Assembly: GCA_944386685.1 (NCBI GenBank)
Contig: CALXCA010000008.1
Location: forward strand, 198-64,197
DNA: 64,000 nucleotides
DNA from: an uncultured Clostridia bacterium
Lineage (GTDB): Bacteria; Bacillota; Clostridia; TANB77; CAG-508
Direction: 5' to 3'
The stretch's first letter is position 1, and every line of letters starts with the position of its first letter. Below the pieces are notes generated by a model. That model saw only the letters and a program-made list of their open reading frames with translations, searched no databases and was not told the DNA's origin. Below, piece by piece: positions 8,301-16,658 of the stretch. The position numbers were made by a program, and so were the translations under genes.

Positions 8301-9542
8301 TTACAAAGTAAATTTTTTTAATATTACACTTGCATTATGTCCACCAAAACCTAATGAATTTGACATTACTAACTTTAGGTCTGCATCTCTTACTTCATTT
8401 GGAACTATATCTAAATCACAGTCTTCATCTTTTTCTTTATAATTTATTGTTGGAGGTACTTTTCCTGTTTCTAATGCTTTTGTACAGAATATTGCTTCAA
8501 CTCCTCCTGCTGCTCCTAATAAATGTCCTATATTTCCTTTTGTAGAACTTACCATTACTTTATTTGCAGATTCTCCAAAAGCTTTTTTTATTGCCATTGT
8601 TTCACACAAATCATTTAAATGTGTTGATGTTCCATGTGCATTTATATAATCTACATCTTCTGGTTTAATATTTGCACTTTCCATTGCTCTAACCATTGCT
8701 CTAGAAGCACCATCTCCATCTGGTGATGGTGATGTTATATGATATGCATCAGATGTTGCACCATATCCTACAACTTCTGCATATATTTTAGCTCCTCTTT
8801 TTTGTGCATGTTCTAATTCTTCTAGAATTAAAATTCCTGCACCTTCTCCCATTACAAATCCGCTTCTTTGTTTATCAAATGGAATACTTGCTCTATTTTT
8901 ATCTGTTGTTTCATTTGTTAATGCTTTCATGTTTTCAAAACCTGCTATTCCTATTTCACAAATAGATGCCTCTGTTCCTCCTGCAATTATAACATCTTCA
9001 AAACCATCTCTAATATTTCTAAAAGCTTCACCTATAGCATGTGTTGAAGATGCACAAGCAGATACAATTGAAATAGATTCTCCTTTTGCACCTAATTCTA
9101 TTGCTATATTTCCAGCTGGCATATTTGCTATTGTCATTGGAATAAACATTGGAGAAATTCTGTTATGACCTTTTTCAAAACATGTAAAACATTGTTCTTG
9201 AATTGTTGTTAATCCTGCAATTCCTGAGCTTACAAATACCCCTATTCTGTTAAAATCTGTATTTTCTGCATTAATTCCACTATCTTCAAAAGCTTCTTTA
9301 GATGCAATTATTGCAAATTGAGAACTTCTGTCTAATCTTTTTGATTGTTTTAAATCAAAATAATCTTGTGAATTATAGTTTTTTACTTCTCCTGCAAATT
9401 TTGTTTTAAATGTACTTGTGTCAAATAATGTAATATTATCTATTCCACATTTTTGGTCTAAAATTCCTTGCCATGTTTCTTTTACATTTTTTCCTATTGG
9501 TGTAATTGCTCCAATACCTGTTATTACAACTCTTTTTTCCAT
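8301..9542 (-). CDS. fabF: 3-oxoacyl-ACP synthase II
   Basis: 413 aa. Active-site blocks SACASS, NAHGTSTHLND and GHLLGAAGG. Confidence 0.92.
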   Translation of the reverse strand: MEKRVVITGIGAITPIGKNVKETWQGILDQKCGIDNITLFDTSTFKTKFAGEVKNYNSQDYFDLKQSKRLDRSSQFAIIASKEAFEDSGINAENTDFNRIGVFVSSGIAGLTTIQEQCFTCFEKGHNRISPMFIPMTIANMPAGNIAIELGAKGESISIVSACASSTHAIGEAFRNIRDGFEDVIIAGGTEASICEIGIAGFENMKALTNETTDKNRASIPFDKQRSGFVMGEGAGILILEELEHAQKRGAKIYAEVVGYGATSDAYHITSPSPDGDGASRAMVRAMESANIKPEDVDYINAHGTSTHLNDLCETMAIKKAFGESANKVMVSSTKGNIGHLLGAAGGVEAIFCTKALETGKVPPTINYKEKDEDCDLDIVPNEVRDADLKLVMSNSLGFGGHNASVILKKFTL

Positions 9543-9567
9543 TTTTAATCCAATCCTCTTTTTATTT

Positions 9568-9593
9568 ATTTAGGTTTTATGGTACCTATAAAC
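9568..9593 (-). promoter_or_regulatory. fab-cluster stem-loop module, copy 4 (upstream of fabF)
   Basis: ATTTAGGTTTTATGGTACCTATAAACC (shortest loop). Confidence 0.7.
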
Positions 9594-9674
9594 CAACTTC
9601 TATAATTTCAATAAACTAATATTTCAAATCTGTTTGGGCTAAAATTTTTTATTCCAAATCATCTAAAAATAATT

Positions 9675-10430
9675 TTACATAACCATTCCGCCGTCAACAT
9701 TTATTACTTGACCTGTAATATAAGAACTATCATCAGATGTTAAGAATTTTACTACTTTTGCAACTTCTTGTGCAGAACCCATTCTTTTCATTGGAATATT
9801 TTTTGCAATTTCATTTTTTATTTCTTCTTTTAATACACCTGTCATATCTGTTTCTATAAATCCTGGTGCAATTGCATTAACTAAAATATTTCTTGATGCA
9901 ACCTCTTTTGCTAAACTTTTTGTAAATCCTATTATTCCTGCTTTTGATGCAGAGTAATTTGTTTGTCCTGCATTTCCTACTATTCCTACAACAGAAGAAA
10001 TATTTATTATTCTACCACTATGTGCTTTCATCATATAACTTATAACATTTTTTGTAACATTATATGTTCCACCTAAATTTGTATCTATAACTTGTTTAAA
10101 ATCTTCTTCTTTCATTCTGATTAATAAACAATCTCTTGTTATTCCTGCATTATTTACTAAAACATCTATATGTCCAAATTTTTCTATTATTTCTTTAACA
10201 AATCTTTCACAATCTTCATATTTAGATACATCACCTTGAACTGCTAATACTTCTACTCCTAATTCTGCTATCTCTTTTTTTGCATTTTCTAAATCTTCGT
10301 TTTCTTTTCTGTAATTTAATGCAATATTATATCCCTCTTTTGCAAGTGTTATTGCAATTTGTTTTCCTATTCCTCTTGTAGCTCCTGTAATTAAAGCAAC
10401 TTTTTTGATATTTTCCATAATAAATTCCAT
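9675..10430 (-). CDS. fabG: 3-oxoacyl-ACP reductase
   Basis: 251 aa SDR with TGATRGIG and YSASKAG. The true start may be the second ATG at 10418 (MENIKK..). Confidence 0.9.
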   Translation of the reverse strand: MEFIMENIKKVALITGATRGIGKQIAITLAKEGYNIALNYRKENEDLENAKKEIAELGVEVLAVQGDVSKYEDCERFVKEIIEKFGHIDVLVNNAGITRDCLLIRMKEEDFKQVIDTNLGGTYNVTKNVISYMMKAHSGRIINISSVVGIVGNAGQTNYSASKAGIIGFTKSLAKEVASRNILVNAIAPGFIETDMTGVLKEEIKNEIAKNIPMKRMGSAQEVAKVVKFLTSDDSSYITGQVINVDGGMVM

Positions 10431-10471
10431 TCCTTTCTTTTGAAAATAAAATTTTTTCTATTTAAAATTTT

Positions 10472-10518
10472 ATTTTCACTTTGAGTTGCGAAAACTAAAG
10501 TTTCTTATTGTTTCCTAT
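10472..10518. repeat. dispersed intergenic hairpin repeat, family C copy
   Basis: ATTTTCACTTTGAGTTGCGAAAACTAAAGTTTCTTATTGTTTCCTAT. Related copies lie at 57870-57916, 59773-59820, 4063-4111 and 44950-44997. Confidence 0.75.
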
Positions 10519-11450
10519 TTTATTAAATTATTTAAAACATTATCTAATGTTTCTACATTATTAATATTTAAAATATTTATTTCTTTTTCTGTTTCTATTT
10601 TTTTAACAAAGCCAGATAATGTTTTTCCTGGTCCTATTTCTATAAAAGTATCTACTCCTAAATCTATCATTTTTTGTAAACTATCAGAAAATCTTACTGG
10701 ATGTGTTATATGATCTGCTAATATTTGTTTAATATCATCTTCTTTTTTATAAATATCTGCATTTATATTTTTTACTACTAAAGATTTTCCTTCATTAATT
10801 TTTACATTTTCTAGATATTTTTTTAATTCTATTGAAGCTTTTTCTAATTTAATTGTGTGGAATGGTCCAGCTGTTTTTAATTCTCTAACTTTTCTTGCTC
10901 CCATTTCTTTTGCAATTATTCCTGCTTCTGTAACTCCTTCTTTATCTCCAGATATTACTATTTGACCTGGACAGTTAAAGTTTACTGGTGTAGCAAATCC
11001 TTTTGTAACTTTTGAGCAAACTTCATTAACTTGTTCTTCATTCATTCCTAAAATTGCAGACATTAACCATTCTCCATCTGGCACTAAGTTTTGCATAAAA
11101 TCTCCACGTTTTTGCACTAATTTAACTCCTTCTTCAAAACTTAATATTCCACTATAAATTAATGCTGAATATTCTCCTAAGCTTAATCCTGCTGATACTT
11201 CTGCTTTTATATTATTTTTTTCTAGAATTTTTAATATTGCTAAACTCATTGTTAAAATACACATTTGTGTATTTGCTGTTTTGTTTAATTCTTCTTCTGG
11301 TCCTTCAAATGTAAGTTTTTCTACATCTATTCCTGTTAATTCATGTACTTTTTTATATACTTCTCTTATTTCTTCATATTTGTCATATAAATCTTTTCCC
11401 ATTCCAATACTTTGTGAACCTTGACCTGGAAATAAAAATCCTATTTTCAT
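10515..11450 (-). CDS. fabD: malonyl-CoA:ACP transacylase
   Basis: 311 aa. FPGQGSQ and GLSLGEYSA motifs. Confidence 0.92.
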   Translation of the reverse strand: MKIGFLFPGQGSQSIGMGKDLYDKYEEIREVYKKVHELTGIDVEKLTFEGPEEELNKTANTQMCILTMSLAILKILEKNNIKAEVSAGLSLGEYSALIYSGILSFEEGVKLVQKRGDFMQNLVPDGEWLMSAILGMNEEQVNEVCSKVTKGFATPVNFNCPGQIVISGDKEGVTEAGIIAKEMGARKVRELKTAGPFHTIKLEKASIELKKYLENVKINEGKSLVVKNINADIYKKEDDIKQILADHITHPVRFSDSLQKMIDLGVDTFIEIGPGKTLSGFVKKIETEKEINILNINNVETLDNVLNNLIK

Positions 11451-11471
11451 TTAAAACTCCTTGTATAATAT

Positions 11472-11502
11472 ATTTAGGTTTTTAAAAGGTTCCCTATAAA
11501 CC
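11472..11502 (-). promoter_or_regulatory. fab-cluster stem-loop module, copy 5 (upstream of fabD)
   Basis: ATTTAGGTTTTTAAAAGGTTCCCTATAAACC. Confidence 0.7.
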
Positions 11503-11647
11503 TTATTTATTATTTTTTATTATTAGCATACACATTTATTATTTTGTTTGGCAAAAAATGATTAAATTTTTTATCTTGTTAATGGATTTTTACATTTATT
11601 ATTATTTTTATGTTGCAAATAAATTGACTTGCATTCTTAATCTTGTA

Positions 11648-12301
11648 TCAAATTAGAATATTTTTACTTATTAAATGCTTTTCAAATTCTTTGCAAAATT
11701 GTTTTATAATTAACATATTATCTATATTTATGTTAAACTCTTTTTTTATTGATGTAGCAATATTTTTTATGTCTTCTGGGAATTGTTGTTTATTTGTATT
11801 TATTCCTATTCCAATTACTAAATATTTTACTCTATCTTTTAATATTTTTGATTCTGTTAAAATTCCACCTATCTTTTTACCATTATATACAATATCATTT
11901 GGCTCTTTTATTTGTAAATCTATTTGGTATAAATTTTTAAATACTCTTAAAATAATTTTAGCAATTTCAATTGTTATTCCATCTAATTTTTGGTATTTAC
12001 AATCTGTTTCTATATAAAGCGAAAATGCTATATTATTATCTTCATCTGTCTGCCAAATTCTACCATGTGTTCCTTTTCCATTTGTTTGTTTGTCTGCAAT
12101 TATTATCAAACCATTTTCTATATTATTTTGTTCTATTCTTCTATGTATTTCTAATTGTGTAGAATCTATTATTTTATAATGTTCTATTTTGTTTCCTATT
12201 TTTTTTTGTTCTACTCGTATAGGTATTTCTGATTGTATTAAATCTATTTTTTTATAATGTTCTAACTTGTTTCCAATATATTTTTTATTCAAATTTATCA
12301 A
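11648..12301 (-). CDS. birA: biotin-protein ligase-like protein (catalytic domain only) with a duplicated N-terminal segment
   Basis: 217 aa. KQTNGKGTHGRIW matches the BPL GRGRxGRxW-type motif. No HTH domain. The N-terminus carries a 2 x 26-aa tandem repeat. The start overlaps the upstream gene by 17 nt. Confidence 0.65.
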   Translation of the reverse strand: MINLNKKYIGNKLEHYKKIDLIQSEIPIRVEQKKIGNKIEHYKIIDSTQLEIHRRIEQNNIENGLIIIADKQTNGKGTHGRIWQTDEDNNIAFSLYIETDCKYQKLDGITIEIAKIILRVFKNLYQIDLQIKEPNDIVYNGKKIGGILTESKILKDRVKYLVIGIGINTNKQQFPEDIKNIATSIKKEFNINIDNMLIIKQFCKEFEKHLISKNILI

Positions 12302-13988
12302 ATTCCTTTTTTATTAATTCTAAATTTTTTTCTCTTTTTATTTTGTTTGTAGTTGTTTTTATTAAAGGTACATCAGAAATAATTGTTCCTCTAATTGCTT
12401 TATAACGTGGCATTACTTTATTAACTTCACTTATTTTTTGACTTATTTCTTTTTCAATTTCTTCTTTTGTTTTTCCTTCAAAATGTTCTTTATTATAAAC
12501 TACTTTTACAAAAATTTTTATATTTGTTGGATCTTCTGACATTTGCTTTCCAAAGATAAATGATTCTTCTATTCCATCTTCTTTATTTATTAAGCTTTCC
12601 ATTTCTTCTGGATAAATGTTCTTTCCATTTTTTAAAACTATAACATTTTTCTTTCTTCCACAAATGAATATATATCCTTCTTCATCTATTTTTGCTAAAT
12701 CACCTGTATGAAACCATTCATCTTTTAAAACTTTTTCTGTTGCTTCTTTATTTTTATAATATCCTATCATTACATTTGGTCCTTTTACAGCAAGTTCTCC
12801 AATTCCTTGTTTATTTACATTTAATAATTTAACTTCTTCACTTGGAAGTGCTTTTCCAATAGAACCAATTTTATGATATTTGTTATTTCCTACTGCAACA
12901 ATTGGAGATGTTTCTGTTAATCCATATCCTTGTACTATATTAAAACCTAAATTTCTAAATTTTTCTTCTATTTTTGCATCTAAACTTGCAGCACCACTAA
13001 TAAATAATCTTATATTTCCTCCAAGTAGTTCATGCAAATCTTTAAAAATTGCTTTTTTATTTTCCATAGAATCATTTTTATGTTTTTCTTCTTCAATTAA
13101 TATTTCTTCTAAATTTCCTTTTTTTTCTATTTGCTTTCTAACTATTTTAAATAGCCTTTCATATATTGCTGGAACTGATGCCATTACAGATGCTTTATAT
13201 TCTTTTAGGTTTTCTGGAATATGTCTTATTCCATCACTAAATACTATTTGTGCTCCTATATATAGTGGATATAAAAATCCAACTGTACATTCAAACACAT
13301 GGTGTAATGGTAAAAATGATAAAAATATATCTTTAGAATTTACATCTAATGTTGATGCAATATCCATTAAATTTGAACATATATTTTTATGTGATAATGC
13401 AACTGCTTTTGATTGTGATGTTGTTCCTGATGTAAATAACATTATACTCATTTTTTTATTATCAATTTCTGCATTTGTAAACCTTGTGTCTCCATTTTCT
13501 ACAAGTTTTTTACCTTTTTCTATTAATTCTTTTTGTGAAATAATTTCATCTTCTGTTTTTTCTAAATCCATTGAAATAATATATTTTAAATTTTTAGTTC
13601 TTACTTTTTTTAGTGTTTCTATATATTTTCCTGAACAAATTATTGCTTCTACTTCTGAACGTTTTAGTAAACTTTCCAATTCATTTTCTGGTAAAGATTT
13701 ATCTAAAGGTACTACTATTCCTGTTCCACATACTATTGATAAATATGCTATTTCCCATTCAAAACGATTTTCTCCTATTACTGCTATTCTTTTATCTTTA
13801 AGTCCCATATCTATTAGAGATGTTCCTAAGCCATCTATCATTTTTCTCACTTCTTCATGTGTGTATGTTTTGTATTTTCCTTCTTCTTTACGAATTTTGT
13901 ATGCAATATTTTTTCCATATTTTTGTCCAGATTTTTTTAACATGTCTTTTAAATCTGTTATTTCTATGTATTTATATAATCTTTCCAT
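12285..13988 (-). CDS. AMP-forming long-chain acyl-CoA ligase-like enzyme
   Basis: 567 aa. AMP-binding signature LFTSGTTSQSKAV, plus GYGLTETSP and TGDLAKIDEEGY. Confidence 0.82.
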   Translation of the reverse strand: MERLYKYIEITDLKDMLKKSGQKYGKNIAYKIRKEEGKYKTYTHEEVRKMIDGLGTSLIDMGLKDKRIAVIGENRFEWEIAYLSIVCGTGIVVPLDKSLPENELESLLKRSEVEAIICSGKYIETLKKVRTKNLKYIISMDLEKTEDEIISQKELIEKGKKLVENGDTRFTNAEIDNKKMSIMLFTSGTTSQSKAVALSHKNICSNLMDIASTLDVNSKDIFLSFLPLHHVFECTVGFLYPLYIGAQIVFSDGIRHIPENLKEYKASVMASVPAIYERLFKIVRKQIEKKGNLEEILIEEEKHKNDSMENKKAIFKDLHELLGGNIRLFISGAASLDAKIEEKFRNLGFNIVQGYGLTETSPIVAVGNNKYHKIGSIGKALPSEEVKLLNVNKQGIGELAVKGPNVMIGYYKNKEATEKVLKDEWFHTGDLAKIDEEGYIFICGRKKNVIVLKNGKNIYPEEMESLINKEDGIEESFIFGKQMSEDPTNIKIFVKVVYNKEHFEGKTKEEIEKEISQKISEVNKVMPRYKAIRGTIISDVPLIKTTTNKIKREKNLELIKKEFDKFE

Positions 13989-14008
13989 TATATTATTCCT
14001 TATTGTAA

Positions 14009-14039
14009 ATTTAGGTTTTGTGGAAAAAACCTATAAACC
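14009..14039 (-). promoter_or_regulatory. fab-cluster stem-loop module, copy 6 (upstream of the acyl-CoA ligase)
   Basis: ATTTAGGTTTTGTGGAAAAAACCTATAAACC. Confidence 0.7.
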
Positions 14040-14074
14040 ATATATATTTATACCACTTTTTCTAGATTTTGTGA

Positions 14075-14096
14075 TTATACTGATAGGTCAGTATAA
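14075..14096. promoter_or_regulatory. perfect 9-4-9 palindrome overlapping a minus-strand TATAAT (candidate operator)
   Basis: TTATACTGA-TAGG-TCAGTATAA. On the minus strand, CAGTATAAT supplies a -10 hexamer about 90 nt upstream of the ligase ATG. Confidence 0.45.
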
Positions 14097-14219
14097 AAAT
14101 AAGGTATAAAAAATAGTATATATTAAATTCCATCTATATGGCTACACTCAAAATATAAGAACATTGGAAAAAAAGCAGAATCTTATTAAAAATAATTTAA
14201 AAAACTCTGCTTTTGTATC

Positions 14220-15791
14220 TTATTTTATATAATAAACATTACATGCATTTAATCCTTTTATCCATTCCCAACTTGTTAAACCTGTTGCTTTTGTGATTTT
14301 ATCCATAATATCATCATTTTCTTGACCACCATTTATAAAAATAACTAATCCATTAGATAAATCTTTATCTTTTACAATGTTTTGAATATTTTCTTCTGTA
14401 CATTCAACATCTTTTGCAACATATGATTCATCTAATACAGAAAATAATAAAATATCATCTAAAAATCTATTTTCATTTGAATTAAACATAAAAATTGTTG
14501 GTACATTTAGTTCATTTTGTAGTTTATTTACAATATCTCTTTTATCTAAAAACATTTCTTCTGGTTCCATTCTAAATATAATTGGTGTTATCATAATTAT
14601 AATACAAATGATAAGCATTGTTATATCTAGCTTTTTGCCTTGAACAAGATTGCTAATTAAATTATATAATAAATATAAAATTAAAATAAATATCAATCCA
14701 CATACAGGCATTATATATCTTAATTCTATCCATGGTGATGCTATTGCTATTATTACTGAATAAAATAATGTTGGTATTGCAATATATTTTATATATTTAT
14801 TTTTTTCTATTTCAATTTTTTGTTTTTTAACTTTTTTATATATAACAATTCCTAACATCGCAATTAAAATTATAAATAGCAATCCATTAAAAGCATGTCT
14901 ATTTATTTTATAAATATATAAACATATATTAGTTAAAAATTGTGATATATTTGTTAAATTGCTTATTGCTCCTTGTCCTCTATATCCAAAGAACATATGT
15001 TGTATTGAATATGGGAATATTATTAATGATAATACTCCTGCTATGCACATTGTTACAAAATATGCAATAAGTTCTTTGTACCTTTTTTCTTTTATGTATT
15101 TTATTACAAACATTATAAACATCATTACTAAATAGAATAAATAATAGTAATGTGTTAATGAACCTGCTAATGCTGATAGTCCTATAAAGAATAATAATTT
15201 ATAATCTATTTTATCTTTTTCTAATAATTTCATGTGTAAATATGTTGTTATTACAATATTTAGTGTTGATAATGCATACATTCTTATATATACAACATTT
15301 GTTATTGATGATAGTATAATAGATGATAAAAATGCTATAAATGCTGATTTTTCTTTATATTTTGGTTTTCCCTTTAATAATTTTTGTATTATTAAATACA
15401 TAAATATTGTTACAAACATGTAAATAATTATATTTATTATTACTCCTGGCCATTGTGAATAACTATTTTTGTGGAATCCCATAGCTATTCTTAATAATAA
15501 ATAGTATAATGGTGGATGTACATCATTTTTTTGATTTTCATATACCTGGCTGAATTTTCCTGTTTCATCATCATTTACACATAAATAATCTTCATAATAT
15601 TCTCCATTATGCCATGTGTTGTAAAAATCTTCGTTATTTTGTATTTCTACTTTATCATAACTTGCTAAACCTAATGAATATGCTTCATCCATATGTATAT
15701 AGGATTTGTTTGCTCCCATTATTATAAATATTATTGTTTGTATTATTAGTATAATAGTTATTATAATTTTTTCATTTCTTTTCTCTTCCAT
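14220..15791 (-). CDS. GT-C fold glycosyltransferase (family 39 / ArnT-PMT-like), polytopic membrane protein
   Basis: 523 aa with many TM helices. The NDVHPPLYYLLLR loop is characteristic of ArnT/PMT_2-type enzymes. Confidence 0.7.
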   Translation of the reverse strand: MEEKRNEKIIITIILIIQTIIFIIMGANKSYIHMDEAYSLGLASYDKVEIQNNEDFYNTWHNGEYYEDYLCVNDDETGKFSQVYENQKNDVHPPLYYLLLRIAMGFHKNSYSQWPGVIINIIIYMFVTIFMYLIIQKLLKGKPKYKEKSAFIAFLSSIILSSITNVVYIRMYALSTLNIVITTYLHMKLLEKDKIDYKLLFFIGLSALAGSLTHYYYLFYLVMMFIMFVIKYIKEKRYKELIAYFVTMCIAGVLSLIIFPYSIQHMFFGYRGQGAISNLTNISQFLTNICLYIYKINRHAFNGLLFIILIAMLGIVIYKKVKKQKIEIEKNKYIKYIAIPTLFYSVIIAIASPWIELRYIMPVCGLIFILILYLLYNLISNLVQGKKLDITMLIICIIIMITPIIFRMEPEEMFLDKRDIVNKLQNELNVPTIFMFNSNENRFLDDILLFSVLDESYVAKDVECTEENIQNIVKDKDLSNGLVIFINGGQENDDIMDKITKATGLTSWEWIKGLNACNVYYIK

Positions 15792-16173
15792 ATGTTATTT
15801 CTCCATCTGCTCTTATTGTATAAATATTTTTACTTCCTAAAAATGTAATGTAAAAATAATTTTCATCTGTAGCGTCAATTTCTAGTGTATAGTCTCTATT
15901 TTCTATTCCAATATTTTGGTCTAAATATCTTTTTAATATATTGTATTCTACTTTTGCTCCAGGGCTTTTTCCCATTGCTATTGCAACTGATGTATTTATT
16001 ATTTCTCTTTCTTCTACTACACTATATGTTTTTTTTGCTTCTTTTGAATTTCTAATTAATCCGTGTTCTCCTGTTAATGTACTTATTGTTATTGTTGATA
16101 TTATAAGTAATACCACTACTGTTGTTATAAGAGCTACAAGTGTTATACCTTTGTTATTCTTTAGTATATTCAT
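15772..16173 (-). CDS. prepilin-type N-terminal domain protein (pseudopilin-like)
   Basis: 133 aa. MNILKNNKG|ITLVALITTVVVLLIISTITISTLTGEHG resembles class III signal/pilin N-termini, but lacks Glu at +5. It overlaps the downstream GT gene by 20 nt. Confidence 0.55.
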   Translation of the reverse strand: MNILKNNKGITLVALITTVVVLLIISTITISTLTGEHGLIRNSKEAKKTYSVVEEREIINTSVAIAMGKSPGAKVEYNILKRYLDQNIGIENRDYTLEIDATDENYFYITFLGSKNIYTIRADGEITYGREKK

Positions 16174-16206
16174 TTTATATTTTTTCCTTTCTATTTGGGC
16201 AATTTT

Positions 16207-16330
16207 GTGCCGGTTCTCTTTTTTCCTTTTTGCTGTTTTCTTGTTGTTATTGGGGTCGGTCCCTTTTCTTTGTTAGGGTCGGTCCCTTTCTTTGTTGGGG
16301 TCGGTCCCTTTCTTTGTTGGGGTCGGTCCC
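16207..16330. repeat. second GC-rich array: GTGCCGGTTCTC box plus 4 units of GGGGTCGGTCCCTTTCTTTGTT
   Basis: The box is at 16207-16218. Cores lie at 16252-16263, 16276-16286, 16297-16308 and 16319-16330, a 22-23 bp period. It is the reverse complement of the 1873-2098 array unit. Confidence 0.92.
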
Positions 16331-16407
16331 TTTTTGTTCCTTTTTCGCTATTATATCAATATTTTTTTTAGATTTCAATATTAATTTTAATTTTTGATAT
16401 TGATACA

Positions 16408-16471
16408 TTACAGGATAATGGTCTTGAATAAAATAGAATAAAAAACAATTTAAAAGACCATTATCCTGTAA
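16408..16471. other. perfect 18-bp inverted repeat with a 28-nt loop
   Basis: TTACAGGATAATGGTCTT (16408-16425) pairs with AAGACCATTATCCTGTAA (16454-16471). There is no flanking T-tract. Confidence 0.8.
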
Positions 16472-16658
16472 CTTGATATTATCTTACAGTTCAGTAGGAA
16501 ACTTTGATATATTAATAATTGCATGATAAACTGTAAAATTATTATTTGTATACGTCAGAAAAAATTAATTTAAAATTTTATATTTATATAATCATAATAA
16601 TTTATATTTTATATATATTTATAGTAAATAATTTTAAAAAAAGGAATGAGAATTTTTT

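Noticed and set aside
9543-9674. Possible acpP between fabG and fabF, its usual position
   Set aside because: The gap is only 132 nt and holds a repeat module. There is no ORF with the DSL(D/E) phosphopantetheine attachment motif.
6422-14039. Interpreting the fab stem-loop module as a FapR or FabT operator
   Set aside because: The sequence does not resemble the streptococcal FabT palindrome (A-TTTGA-N-TCAAA-T type) or what I recall of the FapR operator. The variable arm spacing is incompatible with a fixed dimer site.
12880-14109. 409-aa plus-strand ORF, the longest unannotated ORF in the track
   Set aside because: It is entirely antisense to the well-supported AMP-binding ligase gene. Its composition is F/L/I/S-rich, as expected for the reverse frame of an AT-rich gene. 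It has no RBS and no recognisable motif.
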